A DNA stretch of 64,000 nucleotides, taken from contig OX597827.1 of assembly GCA_951406725.2 (NCBI GenBank), forward strand, positions 72,416,001 through 72,480,000. Reading direction: 5' to 3'. The DNA comes from Octopus vulgaris (Eukaryota). The notes beneath the pieces are model-generated. The model was not told where the DNA came from and made no database searches. It saw only the letters and a program-made list of their open reading frames with translations. Below, in pieces: positions 53,636 through 64,000 of the stretch (position 1 is the first letter of the stretch; the number at the start of each line of letters is the position of its first letter). Made by a program: the position numbers and the translations under genes.

Positions 53636-54270
53636 AGCAAGCTGGCAGAAACGTTAGCACACTGGGTGAAATGCTTAGCAGTATTTCGTCTGTCTTTATG
53701 TTCCGAGTTCAAATTCCGCCGAGGTCGACTTTGCCTTTCATCCTTTCGGAGTTGATAAATTAAGTACCAGTTACGCACTGGGGTTGATATAAATGACTTA
53801 ATCCGTTTGTCTGTCCTTGTTTATCCTCTCTGTGTTTAGCCCCTTGTGGGTAGTAAAGAAATAGGTATTTTGTCTGGCATTATGTTCTGAGTTCAAATTC
53901 CGCCAAGGTCGACTTTGCCTTTCATCCTTTCGGGGTTGATAAATTAAGTACCAGTTACGCACTGGGGTTGATATAAATGACTTAATCTGTTTGTCTGTCC
54001 TTGTTTGTCCTCTCTGTGTTTAGCCCCTTGTGGGTAGTAAAGAAATAGGTATTTTGTTTGTCTTTATGTTCTGAGTTCAAATTCTTCCAAGGTTGTCTTT
54101 GTCTTTCATCCTTTTGGGTTTGATAAATTAAGTACCAGTTACATACTGGGATCGATCTAATTGACTGGCCCCCTCCCCCAAAATTTCGAGCCTTGTGCCT
54201 AGAGAAGAAAAGAATATTTTAAGGCAGCAAGCTGGCAGAAATGTTAGCACATTGGGTGAAATGCTTCTCA
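53636..54270 (+). mobile_element. SINE family B multimer
   Basis: One head followed by three body units joined at aagaaatag|gtattt. Confidence 0.85.
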
Positions 54271-54484
54271 AAATATCTGATGTGCTGTACTGGCAGTTTT
54301 TTTCCAATGTGCCAGGGATCAGTAATATTTCTTAGTAATATTAATTTATACTGGAAACAATATATGGCAGTCCAGGGAAACAGGACAAATGCTGCTGTTG
54401 ATTAGCTCCGAGAGGCTATCACTTCTAGCTAGCTATATGACACACGGACCTGCGTCTGGATGCAGGTTCATGCTTTGGCTTGCA

Positions 54485-55235
54485 TGGCCAGCAAGCCAAG
54501 GCTGGCCAGCAAGCCAAGGCTGGCCAGCAAGCCAAGGCTGGCCAGCCAGGCAGCCAAGGCCCAGCCAGCCAGCCAGCCTAGGCCAGTTTCCAGCCAGCAA
54601 ACCAAGCTGGGCCAGCCAGGCATCCAAAACAGGGCCAGCCAGCAAGCCAAGGCCGGGCCAGCCAGGCATCCTAAACAGGGCCAGCCAGACAGCCTAGGCC
54701 AGTTTCCAGCCAGCAAGTCAAATCCAGGCCAGCCAGCCTGCCTAGGCCAATTTCCAGCCAGCAAACCAAGGCCGGGCCAGCCAGGCATCCAAAACAATGC
54801 CAGCCAGCCAGGCCAGTTTCCAGCCAGCAAGCCAAGGCCAGGCCAGCCAGGCATCCAAAACCAGGCCAGCCAGCCAGCCTAGGCCAGTTTCCAGCCAGCT
54901 AGCCAATGCCGGGCAAGCCAGGCAGCCAAAGCCCAGCCAGCCAGCTAGCCAAGGCCAGTTTCCAGCCAGCAAACCAAGGCCGGACCAGCCAGGCATCCCA
55001 AACCGGGCCAGCCAGCCAGCCAGCCTAGGCCAGTTTCCAGCCAGCAAGCCAAGGCTGGGCCAGTCAGGCATCCAAAACCGGGCCAGCCAGATAGCCTAGG
55101 CCAGTTTCCAGCCAGCAAGCCAAGGCCGGGCCAGCCAGGCATCCTAAACAGGGCCAGCCAGCCAGCCAGCCAGCCAGCCTAGGCCAGTTTCCAGCCAGCA
55201 AGCCAAGGCCGGGCCAGCCAGGCAGCCAAGGCCAT
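54485..55235. repeat. GC-rich (CCAG)-derived minisatellite, about 70-bp unit
   Basis: Recurrent cctaggccagtttccagccagcaagccaaggccgggccagccaggcatcc. Confidence 0.9.
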
Positions 55236-55792
55236 TGCGCCTCCACACACACACACATATATACATATATTATATCATACATATATATAAATATATCAAC
55301 TTGCTTGGAACCAAGGGAAGGTTGGTGACAGGAAAAGCATCCAGTTATAGAAAATCTCTCTTGCTGAACTCCACTCAACACATGCAAGCATGGAAAAAAA
55401 TGGACGTTAAAATGCTGACGATGACGATGATGTATGTTCGTTTGTATGTGTGTGTGTGTATATACATATATATATATATACGTACATATGTATGAATGTA
55501 TGTATATATATGTGTGTAGATATCTACGTATTACTTTCAGTATTGTGATGATTAAGCCTATAATGACAGTTGCGTTGTCAAGCATCAATAGTTGGTATTT
55601 TCCTTGTATCTGTTCTGTAGCCAAGGTGACCGTAACATGGTCAGTTTCCACCTCGACCACCTGCACCTCCCGTGTCCACCAGCTATTATCGATAATCATT
55701 TAAGATAACACTGTCTATTTTTTGCTTGTTTTATTTTATAAAATGTTTTATTTGTACATTGTCTTTGGTATGTCATGTCTCAGAAGTGAGTG

Positions 55793-55855
<63 letters not shown>

Positions 55856-56054
55856 ATATATGTATTTATAGATCTACAATGATTGATTTTTCTCTGCTTA
55901 CATTGAACAATATAAAGCGCTGTGTGTTTGATTAAATACGTTTGTATTTAGTCACTGGTAATATATTGAGCTAAGAAGGGTTGTGTCCCCTTTGTAAAAC
56001 ACTAAAATCTCCTTCGGTCAGTATTTATTGGCAATATTATATAACATAGTAGGA

Positions 56055-56545
56055 TGGCAAGCTGGCAGAAATGCTTAGCGGTATTTCGTCTGCCGCTACG
56101 TTGTGAGTTCAAATTCCGCCGAGGTCGACTTTGCCTTTCATCCTTTCTGGGTCGATAAATTAAGTACCAGTTACGCACTGGGGTCGATGTAATCGACTTA
56201 ATACCTATGTCTGTCCTTGTTTGTCCCATCTATGTTTAGCCCCTTGTGGGTAATAATGAAATAGGTATTTCGTCTGCCGTTATGTTCTGAGTTCAAATTC
56301 CGCTGGGGTCGACTTTGTCTTTCATCCTTTCTGGGTCGATAAATTAAGTTTCCTGTTATGCACTGGGGTCGATGTAATCGGCTTAATCCGTTTGTCTGTC
56401 CTTGTTTTTCCTCTCTGTGTTTAGCCCCTTGTGGGTAGTAAAGAAATAGGTATTTTGTTTGTCTTTACGTTCTGAGTTCAAATTCCACCAAGATCGATTT
56501 TGCCTTTCACCCTTTTGTGGTTGATAAATTAAGTACTAGTTGCAT
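56055..56545 (+). mobile_element. SINE family B multimer
   Basis: Same architecture as 53636-54270. Further degenerate copies at 57230-57580 (+) and 58330-59090 (-). Confidence 0.85.
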
Positions 56546-59086
56546 ACCATGTGAAGGCACATGGCTCAGTGGTTAGAGCACCGAGCACCGAGCTTACAAG
56601 CGTGAGGTTGTGAGTTCGATTCCTGGACCAGGCTGTGTGTTGTGTTCTTGAGCAAGACACTTTATTTCACGTTCCTTCAGTTCACTCAGCTGTAGAAATG
56701 AGTTGCGACATTACTGGTGCCAAGCTGTATTGGCCCCTTTGTCTTTCCCTTTGATAACATCGGTGATGTAGAGAAGGGAGGCTGGTATGCATGGGCAACT
56801 GCTGGTCTTCCATAAACAACTTTGACCGGACTTGTGTCTCGGAGGGTAACTTTGTAGGTGCAATCCCATGGTCGTTCATGACCGAAGGGGGTTTCTCTCT
56901 CTCTCTCTCTATATCATCATCATCATCATCATCATTGTATAACGTCCGTTCTCCATGCTAGCATGGGTTGGACGGTTCGACCGGGGATCTGGGAAGCCAG
57001 AAGGCTGCACCAGGCTCCAGTCTTATCTGGCAATGTTTCTACAGCTGGATGCCCTTCCTAACACCAACCACTCCGTGAGTGTATATATATATTAAAGGCG
57101 GTGCACCAGCATGGCCACAGTCAAATGACTGTAACCAGTAAAGGAATAAAAGAATAGAGTCGATCTAATTGACTGGCCCTCTCTCCGAAAATTTTGTCCT
57201 TGTGCCTAGAGTAGAAAAGAATATAGCAGGGCTGTGAGCTGGCAGAATTGTTTGCACGCTGGACGAAATGCTTAGCAGTATTTTGTCTGTCCTTACGTTC
57301 TGAGTTCAAATTCCACCAAGATCGATTTTGCCTTTCATCCTTTTGGGGTTGATAAATTAAGTACTAGTTGCGTACTGGTGTCGATATAATCGACTGGCCC
57401 TCTTCCCGAAAATTTTGGCCTTAGTGGTGTTTCATCTGTCTTTATGTTTTGAGTTCAATTCCTGCCAAGGTTGTCTTTGTGTTTTATCTTCTCAGGGTCA
57501 ATAAAATAAGTACCAGTTGAGCACTGGGGTCAATGTAATCAACTTAACCTTCTTCTGAAATTACTGGCTTGTATCAAAATTTGAAAACAGTATCATGTAA
57601 TATACTGTCACCACCACCACCACCACCACCACACCCATTGTCAGCATTAATGTAGCAATGAGAGTCTCTATCTGCTAGAAATAGCAGCCAAATCTTTCGT
57701 AAACCACATCTTGCCATCTTAATAAAAAAGGACATCAAGGGGACATTTTGTTTTTCTTTTTTTGACTTACCAGTTACTAGGCAACCTCACTTGTGCTAGT
57801 TCCCTGAAAAAAAGACAACCAGTACACACTGTAAAGGGGTTGGCATTAGGAAGGGCATCCAGCTGTAGAAACCATGAGAAAGCAAACCTTAAAGATCAAC
57901 TCAGTCCTGTGGTTCATAGGATTCAGTCTAACTGTCCAACCCATGCCAGCATGGAAAAACGGATGTTTAATGATGATGATAATGATGACGGTGATGGGCA
58001 TGGCTGGAATACATTTTTGATCATAATTTAGCAGGAGAATTACTGATCTGGGTCTATGAGGGGATCTTCTGGGTGGTCTCGATATCTGCTAGAAATAGCA
58101 GCCAAATTACCCTCAAACCACATTCTACTCTTTTAAAAATAAACAGGCACACAGTCAATAATAAGGAAATCTTATATAGTCCTAAAACACTGGAAGGTCA
58201 TGGCTGGAATGCATTTAACCAGAGGTCTGCTTTAAAAGCTGACCTAGAGTCAAACTTTTTCTTTTCTTATAACAATAACACAAATTTTGAGTTAGGGTGT
58301 TAATCAACCACATAAGCTGCAGTATTTGATCTTATTTGATAATTTAGTTTATTGACCCCAGGAGGATGAAAGACAAAGCTGACTGGGTGGAATTTGAACT
58401 CAGAATGTTAAGATGGTTGAAATGCCTGCTCAGCATTTTGCCTGGTATGTAAATGATTCTGTCAGCTTGCTACCTTTAATAATAATAATAATAATCTTTT
58501 CTATCATAGGCACAAGACCTGAAATTTGGGGGAGGGGCATAGTCGATTACATTGACCACAATACTCAACTGGTACTTATTTTAATGACCCCGATAAGATA
58601 AGTACCTCAGTAGAATTTGAACTCAGAGCCCGAAGACTGATGTAATACAGTTCAGCATTTCACCTGGTGCATTAATGATTCTGCCAGCTTGCTGCCTTAA
58701 TAATAATAATAATAATAAATTTTTCTACTCTAGGCACAAGGCCTGAAATTTTTGGGGGAGTGGGCTAGTCGATTAGATTGACCCCAGTACACAACTGGTA
58801 CTTAATTAATTGACCCCGAAAGGTTGAAAGGCAAAGTTGACCTCAGCGGAAAATAATAATAATGATAATAATCCTTTCTACTGGAGGCACCAAGCCACAA
58901 ATTTGCAGGGAGGAAACTAATTGATTACATTGACCCCAGTGTTTCACTGGTATTTAATTTATTGACTCCGAAAGGATGAAAGGCAAAGTCAACCTCAGCG
59001 GAATTTGTGACTCAGAAAATAAAGACTGATGAAATGCTGGTAAGTATATTACCTGGTGAGGTAACGATTTTGCCAGCTCGCTGCCT

Positions 59087-59120
<34 letters not shown>

Positions 59121-59238
59121 AATAATAATGAAAAAAAGACATTGGAGGGGTGATGCTTACTGTGTGTGCAGAAAAATCTTTTCACAAATTATAGTGTGGC
59201 TTACAATGTGTTGTTTATTCATGCTGTTTTCTTATATT

Positions 59239-59760
59239 CTGGTGAAATTAAGAAAGCAACTTGTAAATAAACGAAACCCTCGAATCTATCACTGTACACA
59301 CAGAGTCACATATCTCTGATTGTATTTATGTATGTATGCACACGTCTATGCGTATAGGTACGCTATGATCTGTATATGTACAGGCAAGGGTTGATTCATA
59401 TGAAAAAGAAAGTGAACAAAATAATACAACCACTTGCTTATTGGATAATTTGTAAGCTTGATGGTTTTTAAAAATTTTTAAGTATCATCATTAAAGGCAT
59501 TTAACTTTGGTGAAATTAGATATCAAGTAAATAAATGAAACCCTTGAATCCATCACTGTATACACACAATGTATGCATACACACACACAATCGCATATCT
59601 ATATATTCATATATGTATGTAGGCTCACATGTCTATGTGCATAGGTACAACATGACCTATAGACATGAAGAAGAGGGTTGATTCATATGAAAAAAGAAAG
59701 TGAACAAAATAATGACCACTTGTTCATTGGGAAATTTGTTAGTTCGATTTTTTTAAATAT
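59239..59760. repeat. Diverged tandem duplication of about 270 bp
   Basis: tggtgaaatta...aaataaa.gaaaccct and gggttgattcatatgaaaaa.gaaagtgaacaaaataat each occur twice. Confidence 0.8.
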
Positions 59761-60474
59761 TTTTATTTTTTATAAAGATAATCAAACGAAATGTTCATCA
59801 TTTTGAGCCACTCACCCAATGAGTATTTCTGCCAAATGGGGTGAAAATCTGTTCAGTTGTTTTCCAGTAATTTTGCAAACACACAAAGATGGGTGATTAC
59901 AATACCCTGCTTTCGCTTACATGCACAAGGTAATAATGATAATAGTAGTTTCTATCTTATGTACAAGGTCAGATAACTACAGTATTAACAATAAATTCAA
60001 AATAAGCCAACAGTGTTGCTACACATTCACTAAACCTGTTAGATATAGCAGCCAAATGTTTCTCAAACCACATACTACCCTTAAAAATAAAGGAAAAACA
60101 TACTGTATAATATTTTGTTTTTGGATTTGGTTTGCAAGATTCTTTATGTGAGTTCGTGTGTTGAAGCATATTCTGTTGTGTCTGGGGAGAGTCATTTTCT
60201 TTTTGTGCCTTATAATGTAACACACTCACCGGTAAAATTTCCACTTATTTCTTATATTATAAGGCACAAAAAGAAAATGACTCTCCCCAGACACAACAGA
60301 ACACTGTATAATGTAGTCCAAGATATATTACGTCTAAAAAAAGGCAAGATGATCTTAATAGAAATACTTCTGCTCACAAGTTCACTGGATCAAGTCAGAT
60401 TGGAAATAAACAAGAACAACAACAAAAAGCCTCAATATAAATCAACAATAACAAAATCCATAAAAAAATATAAC

Positions 60475-60480
60475 TTTATT
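60475..60480 (-). terminator. Putative polyadenylation signal AATAAA of the coiled-coil gene
   Basis: TTTATT on the + strand, about 720 nt downstream of the stop, followed on the minus strand by U/GU-rich sequence. Confidence 0.5.
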
Positions 60481-60807
60481 TATTTCTATAGAAAAATATT
60501 TATATAAAAAGAAGCTAAAATATTTCATATAACAAATAAAGATTAACAAAAAAAGTTGAAGACTTGTTACATGTTTGCATTCTGATAAGTTAACTATTTT
60601 CTGTGGAAGCAGCAGATAATATATAAAAGTTATTCACTTTTCCTGAAACAACATTTCCTGAGAAAAGCAACAATTCATGTGGCAAAGTGATGGATGTCCA
60701 CCTTATAGGAAGGCAACTGGTCAACTGCCGACAAAGACTGATGTCCATGTTGTGAAGATATTTCTCTGTCCACTTTCTGAAGGAATGACAACTGACCATA
60801 AAATGAA

Positions 60808-60856
<49 letters not shown>

Positions 60857-60985
60857 AATCAATATAGGGTGGCAAAAAAATTTTGTAGAATTCTTTTGCC
60901 ACCAGCGGCCTAGTGGGAAAAAATTTAAATAGTCATAAACCATTTTTAAGTTCAACATCACAATCAAGGAACGGCCATAATAGGC

Positions 60986-61089
60986 CATTCACCCACTAGA
61001 AATAACAGCCAAAAGCTTCAACCGCAAAATAACATCAATTGATGTTATTTTGCGGTTGAAGCTTTTGGCTGTTATTTCTAGTGGGTGAA

Positions 61090-61091
<2 letters not shown>
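60986..61091. repeat. Perfect 106-bp palindrome
   Basis: 53-bp arms with no spacer, centre at 61038/61039 (caa|ttg), abutting (TA)n. Confidence 0.95.
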
Positions 61092-61153
<62 letters not shown>

Positions 61154-61199
61154 GTGTTTCCTCTATAAATCAGTGATCAGCAGATGTTGTGTCTGAACT

Positions 61200-61313
61200 T
61201 TAATGCTGACCAGGTAAAAGATGGATCTTGAGGTTCATCTGCTTTAATTTGGATTTGATCCGCTTTCTCTGTGTTCTGAGAGAGGTTTTCAGGGTAGAAA
61301 TACTGTGTTCTGT
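61200..61313 (-). CDS. Terminal coding exon of the same gene (TEHSISTLKTSLRTQRKRIKSKLKQMNLKIHLLPGQH*)
   Basis: Long poly-T acceptor ...ctctatttcccag|ACA. Phase 0 matches the upstream exon, with TAA at 61202-61200. Confidence 0.7.
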   Translation of the reverse strand, partial: TEHSISTLKTSLRTQRKRIKSKLKQMNLKIHLLPGQH

Positions 61314-61599
61314 CTGGGAAATAGAGAAAAAAAAGAAAAAAAAAGAAAATTAGTAACATATATATATTGATACATGTGTGTGTGCATGTGTTCGTGTCTG
61401 TATTTGTCCCCCATCTCTGTTTGATGACCAGTGTTGGTGTGTTTATGTCCCCCATAACTTAGCAGTTTGGCAAAAGAGATCAATAGGATAAGTACTAGGT
61501 TTAAAAAGAAAATAAGTACTTGGGCTGATTCATTCGATAAGAAATTCTTCATTGGTGATGCCCCAGCATGGCCGCAGCCCAACGAGTGAAACAAGTAAA

Positions 61600-62190
61600 A
61601 GAACACCATCGTATGCCATCACTAACCCACCTACTACTTGCTGACCATCTAGGGCTCTCAGTAGGTGGCACATGTCCTGAGCACATGACCGTGCATCAGC
61701 AGCTATGGCACGCTTTGTTCACCATGTAGAGGTTGCTGGTAGCAGCTGGACTGCTTGACCAGTTGAACATATCCCTTCTACAAGAACTCAGAGCAGGAAC
61801 CTCCAATTTGATAGGACAGTAATTGGAGTGATGCTTGATGCATTGATTTCATTATCAATTATCCTAATGAAGGCAATGCGACCATTCATCATGTCTGTCT
61901 GATCTTTCAAGAAAAAGCTTCATCTCAACCCTTTTCTATATAAGACTGGCCACCTTGCTTGTTACCTTGTTCCAGTTCTGGTCCCTATGGAAGATTGAGA
62001 CAAAACCAGAGCTTGAGTAGTTTAAGTAGTCCTTTGTTCCAGCACACCATGCCACTTATGTACAGCAAGGATTTGCTTTTCCAGGTGCCAAGCTGCAACC
62101 CATCAATTTGCCTGGGTAGATTTTAGCCCCTACCACTGTCTCATATTCTTTTAGAATGGTGCAGGCCTTCTCAACACCTCAAAGATGACT
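61600..62190 (-). mobile_element. Heavily decayed Tx1/L1-clade LINE fragment
   Basis: ILKEYETVVGAKI..GK, KLLKLWF, NWNKVTSKVASL and EFL*KGYVQLV...QPLHG remnants of post-RT motifs. Confidence 0.55.
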
Positions 62191-62359
62191 TCAACAATGT
62201 ATGTCAACGGGGCCCGGCAGGGACCCAGTTAATAATGACATTTTGGAATTGGCTACTAGGGTCCAAAATGTTAGGGACATTATGATTGCGAATCATACAG
62301 GAGAACAAGAAACAGGTGTTGCGTGTTGGTTATGAATCGAAAATGAACTCAACAATAGT

Positions 62360-62722
62360 AACAAAAGCACTCAGAGAACAGAAACCTCTACCATGGCAAC
62401 ACCAACATCCTCTCAACACTTAACTGGAGATGATTGTTAAAATGAGAATATCTGAAATAAACTCGACTGCTCTCACAAATGAGAATACTAAAAATGAACC
62501 CAACCGCTCTCAAAAATTAAGTAAAAAAACAGGAAAATAATCCAGAATCCTTGTCTGGCACCAGATCGATCCAAAAATCTAATCAGTTTGTGATAGTCAC
62601 GAGGCCAAACATTCCTAAAAGTTTCATCTGAGTCCATCCAGTGGTTCTTGAGATATCTTGTCCACGGACAAACAAAAATGACTGAAAACACTACCTCTGT
62701 CTTTGCTAAGGCAGAGGTAATA
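62360..62722 (-). mobile_element. Short non-autonomous DNA element, possibly Helentron-associated (HINE/DINE-like)
   Basis: Terminal hairpin tacctctg...cagaggta, a related subterminal aaacctctacca motif at the other end, and no coding capacity. Confidence 0.45.
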
Positions 62723-62935
62723 ATAATTATTATTTTTGACACAAACAGTGAAGCCATAGCAACGCAAGAATGATGTGCTGGTCAAATCTGGAATACCTTT
62801 GATTTTTAGGTCTGTTGAACCAAGACTGCTTTGGGGATTAAACTCCAAGAGTAAGCATAACTTTGTTGCAATACAAGATACAGTCACATAGACACAAACA
62901 CATTAATATCAAATATAAATGATGACAAGACTTAC

Positions 62936-63029
62936 CTCTGCCTGTTCAGCTGCCACAGTTTGTAACATGGAGCATTCCTGCATGTTGCTCTGCCAACTCT
63001 GCAACTGCTGTTTATATGTGCGCAATGAA
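62936..63029 (-). CDS. Penultimate exon of an unidentified coiled-coil protein (SLRTYKQQLQSWQSNMQECSMLQTVAAEQAE)
   Basis: gttttgtag|T...GAG|gtaagt, 94 nt, phase 2 to 0, helical composition. Confidence 0.75.
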
Positions 63030-63289
63030 CTACAAAACATGGTACAAATACAGATCAAATTTAATTGACAATATACAATATATTTGATGGCATTGCCAAA
63101 ATCCTGTTTTTATTTTTTGTAATAGAAATAAAACAGGCACAAAATGTCTCAGGGTTTCTGAAATTTTGGGGAAGAAAGGAGAAATTTATTCTTTGAATTG
63201 AATGCTAGCAACAAAGTGGACCCCTACCTTTACACTATATTTGGTGCTGAACTCATTTCTGATTCTCACTTTCTTCATTGTACTTTTGT

Positions 63290-64000
63290 ACATAGTTTGT
63301 ACAGCTCTCAAAAGCCCTCAAAATCCACACCTAGTTTCATATGTGGCCACCAGATTACTGAAAATAGTGCCCTCAAAGGCCTTCTCCAAATCAATGAATG
63401 CTAGGTATAGTGACTTACTCTTCACCAAGTACTTTCTTTGCAATTGCCACACAAAGAAAATAGTATCAGTGGTATCTCTTCCAGGTGTAATGGTGAACTT
63501 CAACTCATCTAGGTTAATTCTCTTTCTAATCAATTGTACTATGATTTATTTCATGACCTTCACTGTTTAGTTCAACAATTTGAGGCCTCACTGATTTCCT
63601 CCCACAAATGCATCTGCTTTGCCTTGGTAGCAATTTACAATAAACTGCACTTGCAAAGACCTGTTGAGACAAGTGAAGTTGTTGTGGACAATGATAGTAC
63701 TGCCTGATTGGCACATAAAAAGCACCAGTCGAGCATGGTCAGTGCCACCTGACTGGCTCCTGTGCCTGTGGCACGTAGAAAGTACCATTCGAGCGTGGTT
63801 GATGCCAGTGCCAGCTGACAGGTCCCATGCTGGTGGCACGTAAAAACACCCACTACACTCTTGGAGTGGTTCGTGTTAGGAAGGGCATCAAGCTGTAGAA
63901 ACATTGCCAGATAAGATTAGAGCCTAGTGCAGCCTTCTGGCTCGCCAGCCCACAGTTAAACTGTCCAACCCATGCCAACATGGAAAGCGGACGTTAAACA
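63290..64000. mobile_element. Decayed RTE LINE: RT fragment (-, about 63290-63645) fused to 3' UTR (+, about 63646-64000)
   Basis: Minus-strand FIVNCYQGKADAFVGGNQ*GLKLL...PGRDTTDTIF..QLQRKY...LYLAFIDLEKAF matches RT motifs. The + part matches the RTE tail. Confidence 0.8.

Noticed and set aside
55064-55699. 211-aa minus-strand ORF starting WWTREVQVVEVETDHVTVTL
   Set aside because: It runs through microsatellite and RTE-derived sequence, with no recognisable domain and no minus-strand splice sites.

Overview
AT-rich, microsatellite-dense eukaryotic DNA. The SINE/LINE complement strongly resembles coleoid cephalopod (Octopus) sequence; this is an inference from repeat families and was not verified by a search. 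Almost all long ORFs in the supplied track are repeat artefacts. The real coding content is spliced and on the minus strand. (1) Five in-phase exons (11074-10581, 6349-6247, 4429-4334, 2104-2043, 956-911) encode the N-terminal part of a HECTD2-type HECT E3 ubiquitin ligase that continues off the left edge, with candidate upstream exons at 24865-24788 and 18091-18083. (2) The last two exons (63029-62936, 61313-61200) and a poly(A) signal belong to an unidentified coiled-coil gene. The remainder consists of tRNA-derived SINEs; RTE, CR1, Tx1 and R4/Dong LINE fragments; piggyBac, hAT and Tc1 MITEs; and satellites. The most notable signal is a cluster of short non-coding elements at about 21-40 kb, mostly sitting between (TA)n tracts. 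They form fold-back inverted repeats and carry hammerhead-ribozyme motifs, one of them fully canonical (34531-34589), consistent with non-autonomous Penelope-like or retrozyme-like elements.
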